IMG/VR virus record: IMGVR_UViG_3300048060_000074
Origin: a virus
Direction: 5' to 3' (one strand)
DNA: 64,000 nt
A program made the translations under genes and the position numbers. Under the pieces are notes generated by a model. The model did no database searches. It was not told where the DNA came from and saw nothing but the letters and a program-made list of their open reading frames with translations. Every line of letters begins with the position of its first letter. Positions within the stretch are counted from its first letter, which is position 1. This document shows, piece by piece, positions 56,989 through 64,000 of the stretch.

Positions 56989-57004
56989 TTTTACACGTAT
57001 AAAA
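56989..57004. promoter_or_regulatory. 16-bp palindrome TTTTACACGTATAAAA
   Basis: between the terminator and the 1213-aa gene. Confidence 0.9.
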
Positions 57005-57045
57005 CGGAGATTGAATTGCTCTTGGATTAAGCGGGGCGAAACGAT

Positions 57046-60000
57046 ATGATTAGGTATTACCTGGGGAGGATCAGAGATCAGGCGATGGGTGGCACCCGTG
57101 TGACACGGGCAGCCATCGCTTTGACGATGATCGATCTGTCGGGTGGGGATCGTTATCGCGCTTCAGTCCCGTTTGACTACGGTTTCGACTGGGCAGTAAT
57201 CGAGATACATGCGCCGGAAGCGACGCAGGCGTTGATTGCTGCCGAGAGCGACATGTACCCTCTGCCATTCTACGATGCGCTGGGTCAAGATTTATCCCTC
57301 GATGACACCCTGGCGGATATACCGAGCGCGGATAGAGCGACTTTCCTGACGCGGCTTGAAGAACGACGCATCCCGTGGCCCTCTCTCCCACTGATGACGA
57401 CGCTCCGCGATGCGCTTGAGACCCTCAAAAAGACCGTTCGCATTACGCAGATGATGAAAGATGCATACCTCAAAGGGTACGCACTTTCAACGACGATTGC
57501 AGGGATTCCAGTGGCGGCGCGAGATAGGGCTCAGAACTGGATGCTGGCTCGTGGTCTAAGCATTGGGTGGATCACGGGTGTGACGACGGTCAAGCAAGTC
57601 CTGCTCTACGTTCTCGACAACTTTGTCTGGGCGGCATTTGAAAATGCGAGGATAGAAGAGCGCGCGTATTTCATAAAACAGTTTGGCATGTCACCAGAAC
57701 AGATGTTCCGCATCATGGTGACGGTCTCGGATGACTTTAACAGGTCGGACGAGGACTTGGATGCCAGTTCAGACTGGAGTGAGGACACGGGCGTCTGGGC
57801 AGTTGTTAGCAATGCTGTTCAGAACACAACTGGCACCGGAGGCGACTACTGGCTCGCCCGATGGATAGGGACAAGTCTTTCTGGTTCAGATAACTTTGTC
57901 CAAGTCACTGTCGATAAGGCATCAGATAACGCCGTTGGCCCTGGGCCGGCGGTACGCAAGGCTGCGGGCACAGGTGATTCAAACAGTGATTGCTATGCCA
58001 CTGTAGCGTTCAACGATGGCTACTATCTTATAAGGCTAGATAACAGCACTGACACTACATTGGATTCCTGGGGCAACCCAGGATTTCAGCCAATAGATCT
58101 CCGTATAGAGGCTATCGGCAGCTCTATTGAGGGTTTTGTTTCTGGCACTTCGAGACTCACGGCGACAGATGCAACATACGGCTCTGGCGGCGTCGGTATG
58201 TGCTTTGGCGAGTTTGTAATTGGCGGGGACCAGACGGAATTTGACGATTGGTCGGCGGGTGACCTTGTTTCTGGAAGTGCGTCCGTGAGCCCTTCTGTGT
58301 CGCCGTCAGTTTCACCGTCGGTCTCGCCAAGCGTATCGCCGAGTGCTAGTGAGTCACCTAGCGTGAGTCCTTCGGTGAGTCCTTCAGTCTCACCGTCGAT
58401 CAGCCCGTCTGCGTCAGAATCGCCGTCCGTTTCCCCATCGGTGAGCCCGAGTGTTTCACCTTCGATCTCGCCATCGGCCTCGGAGTCCCCGTCGGTTTCG
58501 CCTTCAGTCTCGCCGTCGATCAGCCCAAGCGCAAGCGAGTCGCCATCTGTCAGTCCATCGGTGTCGCCAAGCGTGTCGCCAAGCGTGTCGCCATCAGTCA
58601 GTCCATCTGCGTCTGAATCTCCCAGTGTCTCGCCTAGCGTTTCTCCATCCGTCTCGCCATCGGCGTCCGAGTCGGCATCGGCCAGCCCTTCCGTCTCGCC
58701 ATCGGTGAGTCCGAGTGTATCGCCGTCGGTCTCGCCATCGGCGTCTGTCTCGCCGTCGATTTCCCCATCGGTCTCTCCGTCGGTCAGTCCAAGCGCGTCA
58801 GAGTCGCCGTCTGTCTCGCCCAGTATTAGCCCATCGTCTTCCGAGAGCCCGAGCGTTAGCCCAAGCGCATCTGTATCACCGTCCGTTAGCCCGAGTGTAA
58901 GTCCTTCAGTAAGCCCTTCGGTGAGCCCAAGCGTTTCACCGTCAATTAGCCCTTCGGCTTCCGAGAGTCCTTCAGTTTCTCCATCTGCATCTGTGTCGCC
59001 ATCTGCATCGGTTTCGCCTAGTGTGAGCCCTTCTATATCGCCATCCGTCTCGCCGTCGGCTTCAGTGTCACCCAGTGTCTCACCTAGCGTGTCACCGTCA
59101 GTGTCACCGAGCATATCTCCATCGGCTTCGGCGTCAGCCAGTGTGTCTCCATCGGTCTCGCCAAGTGTGTCGCCGTCGATTTCTCCATCGGCCTCGGTCT
59201 CGCCTAGTGCGGCTGGGAGCCCGAGCGCGAGTTTATCGCCCAGTGCATCCGTCTCGCCATCCGTCTCGCCATCGGTTTCTCCTAGCGTCTCGCCGTCGGT
59301 CAGTCCTAGTGCCAGTGTCAGCCCAAGCGCGAGTGTTTCGCCAAGCGTTTCTCCCTCGGCGTCGGTTTCCCCATCCGTCAGCCCGTCAGCGTCCGTCTCG
59401 CCTAGCGTGTCACCGTCTGCGAGCGTGTCACCGTCGACCAGCCCTTCTATATCACCTAGCGCCAGCGAATCTCCATCTATATCGCCGTCGGCGTCAGTCT
59501 CGCCTTCGGCCAGCGTGAGTCCTAGCATAAGCCCAAGCGCGTCGGAATCTCCGTCGGTTAGCCCGAGCGTAAGCCCTAGTGTTAGCCCTTCCGCCTCCGT
59601 CTCGCCATCGGTGAGTCCTAGCGCCAGCATCTCTCCTAGCGCGAGCGTCTCACCCAGTGCGGCGGTCAGCCCAAGCGCAAGTCTGTCGCCAAGCGCATCC
59701 GTGTCGCCTTCGGTCTCGCCGTCGGTCTCTCCTAGCGCCAGTGTGAGTCCCAGTGCCTCCGAGTCGCCATCAATCAGCCCGTCGGCTTCTGTAAGCCCAA
59801 GCGCGAGCGTTTCGCCGTCTATCAGCCCAAGCGCCTCTGTGTCACCATCGGCTAGCGAGTCGCCATCTATAAGCCCGTCGGCCAGCGTGAGTCCGTCGCT
59901 ATCTCCGAGTGCCAGTGAAAGTCCGTCCGTTTCACCATCGGCGTCAATTTCTCCTAGTGTATCGCCGTCCGTGTCCGCGTCAGAGTCGCCAAGTGTAAGC

Positions 60001-60687
60001 CCCTCGGCAAGCATATCGCCAAGCCCATCACTCGGCGATATTCCGTGGTACGAGGCAACATCTCACTCATCTAGCGTCGGCGGTATATCATCCGGAACGA
60101 TCTGGAGCACACATAACGACGATGGCGACGAGGTGGATGTAGACGAGACTACTGGCGCTCCTGGATGGGTCTACGACCTGGTCTTCGGTGAAAACGAGAG
60201 TGTCCCGACATTTAATCTATACGCGAATTTTCTGGCGTGGTATGATGGGAACATTGGACATACTGTCAAGTTGCAACAATGGAACTATACAAATACGCAG
60301 TGGGACAATGTTACGGTCGCTGCTCAGGACTTCCAGGATGAGGTGTCTGAACAGTCGTACCAGTTTACCCTGTTGGCGTCGGGTGACTATATCTCTGGTG
60401 GAGAGATTCAGCTACGTGTTAATCACTCTTCGCCAGGAAATGTAACTCACCAGTTTCATCTGAACCAAGTCTATTTGTCGCTTACTGGAAGCCCATCGCC
60501 AAGCGTCTCGCCAAGCATTAGCCCATCTGCGTCGCTTTCTCCGTCTGCATCTGTGTCGCCAAGCGCGAGCCCGTCGCCATCGCCTGCGCCAGAAGCGGTG
60601 TTTGATTTTGAATTACACGTAAAGCAGAATCAGTCGTTTGATCTGCATGTAAAGCAGGCATTTAGTTTTGATTTAGGAGTGGAATAG
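57046..60687 (+). CDS. large mucin-like Ser/Pro-repeat protein, probably virion- or surface-associated
   Basis: N-terminal helical domain, beta-sandwich-like domain (DDFNRSD...FDDWSAG), ~587-aa SPSX tract, C-terminal beta domain. Confidence 0.85.
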   Translation: MIRYYLGRIRDQAMGGTRVTRAAIALTMIDLSGGDRYRASVPFDYGFDWAVIEIHAPEATQALIAAESDMYPLPFYDALGQDLSLDDTLADIPSADRATFLTRLEERRIPWPSLPLMTTLRDALETLKKTVRITQMMKDAYLKGYALSTTIAGIPVAARDRAQNWMLARGLSIGWITGVTTVKQVLLYVLDNFVWAAFENARIEERAYFIKQFGMSPEQMFRIMVTVSDDFNRSDEDLDASSDWSEDTGVWAVVSNAVQNTTGTGGDYWLARWIGTSLSGSDNFVQVTVDKASDNAVGPGPAVRKAAGTGDSNSDCYATVAFNDGYYLIRLDNSTDTTLDSWGNPGFQPIDLRIEAIGSSIEGFVSGTSRLTATDATYGSGGVGMCFGEFVIGGDQTEFDDWSAGDLVSGSASVSPSVSPSVSPSVSPSVSPSASESPSVSPSVSPSVSPSISPSASESPSVSPSVSPSVSPSISPSASESPSVSPSVSPSISPSASESPSVSPSVSPSVSPSVSPSVSPSASESPSVSPSVSPSVSPSASESASASPSVSPSVSPSVSPSVSPSASVSPSISPSVSPSVSPSASESPSVSPSISPSSSESPSVSPSASVSPSVSPSVSPSVSPSVSPSVSPSISPSASESPSVSPSASVSPSASVSPSVSPSISPSVSPSASVSPSVSPSVSPSVSPSISPSASASASVSPSVSPSVSPSISPSASVSPSAAGSPSASLSPSASVSPSVSPSVSPSVSPSVSPSASVSPSASVSPSVSPSASVSPSVSPSASVSPSVSPSASVSPSTSPSISPSASESPSISPSASVSPSASVSPSISPSASESPSVSPSVSPSVSPSASVSPSVSPSASISPSASVSPSAAVSPSASLSPSASVSPSVSPSVSPSASVSPSASESPSISPSASVSPSASVSPSISPSASVSPSASESPSISPSASVSPSLSPSASESPSVSPSASISPSVSPSVSASESPSVSPSASISPSPSLGDIPWYEATSHSSSVGGISSGTIWSTHNDDGDEVDVDETTGAPGWVYDLVFGENESVPTFNLYANFLAWYDGNIGHTVKLQQWNYTNTQWDNVTVAAQDFQDEVSEQSYQFTLLASGDYISGGEIQLRVNHSSPGNVTHQFHLNQVYLSLTGSPSPSVSPSISPSASLSPSASVSPSASPSPSPAPEAVFDFELHVKQNQSFDLHVKQAFSFDLGVE
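58270..60030 (+). repeat. coding tandem repeat ([18 protein letters not shown])n with scrambled synonymous codons
   Basis: direct reading of protein and DNA; short second tract ~60487-60590. Confidence 0.95.
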
Positions 60688-60692
60688 CGCCA

Positions 60693-62234
60693 ATGCTATC
60701 TGTGCTTATCCCGTCGAGAAATGAACTGTTCCTACAGAAGACCGTCGATGATATTTTCGACAATGCTGCTGGAGATGTTGAGTGCATAGTTTCGCTCGAC
60801 GGCTACTGGCCCGACCCGCCGTTGAAAGAACATCCGAAGCTGCACGTGATACACCGTTCCAAGCCTGCCGGGATGCGTGCGGGTATCAATGCATGTGCAA
60901 CGGTGGCCCGTGGCAAGTTCATAATGAAATGTGACGCGCATTGCGCTTTCGCGGAAGGGTTCGACGAGGTGTTGCAGGCAGACTGTGATGATAACTGGGT
61001 CGTGATTCCCCGAAGATACTCGCTCAACCCGGACACCTGGGCGCCTCAGGAAAGCAGCCCTGGCGTGTGGCGAATGCCCATCGACTATGAGTTTCTGTCC
61101 TATCCGTACTGGAAAGAGGATCACTATGGCATCCACGGTACACGATGGGGAGAGCGTACCAAGCAGCGATTGAATGACCCAGAGTACGAGATCGACGATA
61201 ACATGGGCTTCCAGGGAAGCTGTTGGTTCACCACCAGGGAACATTTCCTGGAGCGTATAGGTGGCTTGCAGGAAGAGGGGTACGGGACATTCATTGGTGA
61301 GCCGCAGGAGGTGGGCAACAAAACCTGGCTTGGTGGCGGACGGCTTGTAACGAACAAAAAAACATGGTACAGCCATCTCCATAAAGGTAAGCGGTTTGGC
61401 AGGGGATACTCTGTCAGCAGGCGTGGACTGAGAGATGGCAATGTCTACTCGGTGCAGTACTGGATGACCAACGCGTGGCCTGGTAGAATTCACGACATTG
61501 AGTGGCTGGTAGAAAAGTTCTGGCCTGTACCGTCGTGGCCGGACGACAGAAGTCTTTGGAGGTTGAAGGATGAGGATCTGCCGGAATGGGCGGTGGCGGA
61601 CAAAATGAGTAAAGTAGAGATATCAGACGCCAACAGCTATATATTGAAGAAGTACAAGCCAGAGATACCGCGTCGAATGCCCATCAACTTGCCCATTGGC
61701 AGGGACGATTTGCCTGGGCTGTTCGCGGAATTGGGCTACAAGGTAGGCGCCGAGATAGGGATCGAGAGGGGTCTATACTCTGAGAAACTGTGCCAGGCTG
61801 GCCTCAGACTCTACGCGATAGACGCCTGGACAGCCTACAGCGGATATCGCGAACACGTCAGCCAGAGCAAGTTAGATAGGTTTTACAACGAGACACGGGA
61901 CAGGCTGGCCGGATATGACCACCAGCTAATTCGATGTTTCAGCATGGATGCTCTCAAGCTCATACCAGATGGGTCTTTGGATTTCGTGTACATCGACGGG
62001 AACCACGAGTTTCGACATGCGACCGACGATACCGACGGGTGGGGTAAGAAGGTCAGGGTCGGTGGTATAATAGCCGGCCACGATTTCAGGAGGAACAAGC
62101 GGAAGGCGTACCGTTGTCACGTAAAAGACGTCGTACATGCCTGGACGTACAGCCATGAGATTAGTCCGTGGTTCATTACGGGTGGAGACCGCCGCTCGAA
62201 GAGTTGGTTCTGGGTGAAGACAGCCGATGAATAG
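60693..62234 (+). CDS. GT-A glycosyltransferase (ppGalNAc-T-like motifs) fused to a class I methyltransferase
   Basis: MKCDAHC (DxH), FIGEPQEVGNKTWLGGG; C-terminal AEIGIERG, DFVYIDGNH, GGIIAGHD. Confidence 0.85.
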   Translation: MLSVLIPSRNELFLQKTVDDIFDNAAGDVECIVSLDGYWPDPPLKEHPKLHVIHRSKPAGMRAGINACATVARGKFIMKCDAHCAFAEGFDEVLQADCDDNWVVIPRRYSLNPDTWAPQESSPGVWRMPIDYEFLSYPYWKEDHYGIHGTRWGERTKQRLNDPEYEIDDNMGFQGSCWFTTREHFLERIGGLQEEGYGTFIGEPQEVGNKTWLGGGRLVTNKKTWYSHLHKGKRFGRGYSVSRRGLRDGNVYSVQYWMTNAWPGRIHDIEWLVEKFWPVPSWPDDRSLWRLKDEDLPEWAVADKMSKVEISDANSYILKKYKPEIPRRMPINLPIGRDDLPGLFAELGYKVGAEIGIERGLYSEKLCQAGLRLYAIDAWTAYSGYREHVSQSKLDRFYNETRDRLAGYDHQLIRCFSMDALKLIPDGSLDFVYIDGNHEFRHATDDTDGWGKKVRVGGIIAGHDFRRNKRKAYRCHVKDVVHAWTYSHEISPWFITGGDRRSKSWFWVKTADE

Positions 62235-63192
62235 GTGGTATCAGAACGTTCCGGTGCCGGGCGCGGTGTACGAGGGTACTGAGAGGAAGGAAAGCCGGTT
62301 CTGGAACGAAGGAAAGTGGGACAACTTCATCCAGCCATTGCTGCCAGTGGAACGCAGGACATTCATCGACATTGGCTGCAATGCCGGGCTGATGCTCAAG
62401 CTGGCGCGAGAGGCTGGTTTTCAGCGCGTGATTGGAATTGAGGGCAGCCGACGTGCGATGAAACAGGCCGAGCAGTACAGGGAGAGTGTCGGCGGTGACT
62501 GGTCACTGGTTTTACAGGTTGCAGGTGGGGGACTCGATCTGAAGCAACTTCCGTTGGCCGACGTGGTGCTGTTGAGCAACATGCACTACTATATCCCCGT
62601 GCCGGATTTTGCGAGATTGGTCGACACGCTCCGCCACAACACGTTATACTGCATCGTGGTGTCTGCGAGGGTGAAGCGACGGGGAGGCAATGCGCTCTAC
62701 GATCTTTACTCGGTCCGGGCTTATTTCCGAGACTGGATGGAGACAGGAGTGGTCGAGGGTGTGCCGGAGGAGGGCGATCCTGCCCCACGACGCGGGATGT
62801 ACGGTGTCTCATTTAAGGGAGGTCTGCATAGCCAGAATGTAGGTTCGCTCTACGGCTGGTGGCGGGGGGAATGCCTGCGATCTAAAAAGTTTCATTTCAA
62901 TGCGCTGCCAGCGGCGCTAGAGGAATTCTTCTCTCGGGTACTCTCCGGCGAGCACTTTGCTTATGAGAATACCCTGCTCTACGAGTACTGGAGGACACGG
63001 GAGCCTAACAGGCCACCAGAGAGTGCCCTGCGACGGCTTGTGCAGAAGCGTGAGTTAGCGGAAAATGTGAGGGACAACGGCATACGCGAGCCGGTCTTTT
63101 TTGACTATCGGGGGAATCTCATCGACGGACTCCACAAACTATGTATTGCGAAGCAGTTGGGCTATAAACGCATTTTGGTGAGAAGGCTATGA
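62227..63192 (+). CDS. class I methyltransferase with a C-terminal ParB/Srx-like domain
   Basis: FIDIGCNAG; GIREPV...LIDGLHKLCIAKQLG. Confidence 0.75.
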   Translation: MNRWYQNVPVPGAVYEGTERKESRFWNEGKWDNFIQPLLPVERRTFIDIGCNAGLMLKLAREAGFQRVIGIEGSRRAMKQAEQYRESVGGDWSLVLQVAGGGLDLKQLPLADVVLLSNMHYYIPVPDFARLVDTLRHNTLYCIVVSARVKRRGGNALYDLYSVRAYFRDWMETGVVEGVPEEGDPAPRRGMYGVSFKGGLHSQNVGSLYGWWRGECLRSKKFHFNALPAALEEFFSRVLSGEHFAYENTLLYEYWRTREPNRPPESALRRLVQKRELAENVRDNGIREPVFFDYRGNLIDGLHKLCIAKQLGYKRILVRRL

Positions 63193-63208
63193 TTCCAATG
63201 GCTAGGAG

Positions 63209-63490
63209 TTAGTCGTGAGTCACAACAACCCAGTCTGTGCCAAGGAGATCGCCCTCGCTGACGATCCATGTACACCACTTGTAAAATTTGGTTTTCATAT
63301 CGTAACTGATCTCCAAAAAGCTGTTGCGCAAGGCGCAGTAAATCTCGTTGTCGTTCCAGTCCAGCCTTGTTATGGACTTTCCCTCGATGACTGCCCTTAT
63401 GGCGGTTGGGAAGTCCATCAAGATCGGGGTAGGGCTTTCGCTCAGCGGGACGGCGGGCGTGGGCGACTGGGAGATTGGCTTACTGGACAT
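63209..63490 (-). CDS. DUF2829 / Tad2-like anti-defence sponge protein
   Basis: MDFPTAIRAVIEGKSITRLDWN...WIVSEGDLLGTDWVVV; AAGGAG RBS. Confidence 0.7.
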   Translation of the reverse strand: MSSKPISQSPTPAVPLSESPTPILMDFPTAIRAVIEGKSITRLDWNDNEIYCALRNSFLEISYDMKTKFYKWCTWIVSEGDLLGTDWVVVTHD

Positions 63491-63627
63491 TTCGGAAACT
63501 CCTTTTCGTGTTTTTCTTGGATTAAGGACTCGATCATAGCACGCCCGCTTATGCCGAACTTTTTGCAAAGTTCGGCGAGCATGGCCTTATGCTTATCAGA
63601 CAGGCGAAAGCTGGTCGACTTTTTCAT
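63442..63627 (-). CDS. ribbon-helix-helix regulator
   Basis: MKKSTSFRLSDKHKAMLAELCKKFGISGRAMIESLI. Confidence 0.75.
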   Translation of the reverse strand: MKKSTSFRLSDKHKAMLAELCKKFGISGRAMIESLIQEKHEKEFPKCPVSQSPSRPRPPSR

Positions 63628-63634
63628 TGGCATT

Positions 63635-63663
63635 ATTGTACCACATAATGAGCTACGTGTCAA
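63635..63663 (-). promoter_or_regulatory. sigma70 promoter of the RHH-Tad2 cassette
   Basis: TTGACA-17-TACAAT with extended TG. Confidence 0.85.
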
Positions 63664-63672
63664 GGAGACAGC

Positions 63673-64000
63673 GTGTCCACATTAGGCGTGCTTATCCCGA
63701 GCCGTAACGAGATGTTCCTCCAGAGAACTATCAAGGACATCTTGGAACATATCGAGGGAGATACGAACATCATCGCCATTCTCGACGGTGCTTGGGCAGA
63801 CCCGCCCATCGAAGACGATCCGCGAGTGATGCTGGTCTACCACCCCCAGAGCATTGGGCAGCGGGCTGCGACGAATGAGGCTGCACGGTTGTCCAGCGCA
63901 AAGTTCATAATGAAATGCGACGCTCATTGCTCGTTCGATCAAGGGTTCGACGTCAAGTTGATGGCTCACTTCGAGGATGACTGGACGGTTGTCCCAGAAA
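63673..64000 (+). CDS. second ppGalNAc-T-like GT-A glycosyltransferase (runs off the window)
   Basis: Manual translation MSTLGVLIPSRNEMFLQRTI...KFIMKCDAHCSFDQGFD; paralog of 60693; AAGGAG RBS. Confidence 0.85.
   Translation, partial: MSTLGVLIPSRNEMFLQRTIKDILEHIEGDTNIIAILDGAWADPPIEDDPRVMLVYHPQSIGQRAATNEAARLSSAKFIMKCDAHCSFDQGFDVKLMAHFEDDWTVVPE

Noticed and set aside
5273-57004. CRISPR array or integron attC interpretation of the 16-bp palindromes
   Set aside because: Spacing is irregular (kilobases), there are no cas or integrase genes, and the sites lack attC R/L box architecture
58086-60014. 642-aa minus-strand ORF (LGDTDG repeats)
   Set aside because: Antisense shadow of the Ser/Pro repeat; no RBS or promoter, and its content is fully explained by the plus-strand codons
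20981-60625. Degenerate palindrome copies (20981, 33028, ~60611)
   Set aside because: Two or more mismatches; not counted among the 14 exact sites
1-64000. Transposases, integrase, rRNA, alternative genetic code
   Set aside because: No recognisable motifs; genes read through normally with the standard code and dense coupling

Overview
The window looks like part of a large tailed dsDNA phage genome. I saw no integrase, transposase, CRISPR array or rRNA. A Chloroflexota host is my inference from the SbcD sequence. There are two divergent arms. The leftward arm (1-38.3 kb) has about 85 tightly packed, mostly small genes, including a RecT/Bet-like recombinase, ParB, RNase HI, SbcD, a radical SAM enzyme, MazG-like and ABA-sandwich proteins, a membrane FtsK ATPase and RuvC. 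The rightward arm (39.7-64 kb) encodes the terminase and a portal fused to an HExxH domain. These are followed by a large glycan synthesis and tailoring island: GT2 and GT4 glycosyltransferases, methyltransferases, a sulfotransferase, an AlkP-superfamily enzyme and a B12 radical SAM enzyme. The island flanks a 1213-aa protein with a ~587-residue (Ser-Pro-Ser-X)n mucin-like tract. Highlights: (1) a candidate phage mucin-type O-glycosylation system; (2) 14 exact copies of a parS-like 16-bp palindrome TTTTAYACGTRTAAAA, nine directly before gene starts and at a fixed 17-bp spacing from three sigma70 promoters; (3) several apparently non-coding structured RNAs; (4) an inverted RHH + Tad2-like cassette; (5) a compositionally distinct 20.5-23.6 kb segment that may be the genome end. 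All family calls come from motif recognition by eye; no database searches were run.
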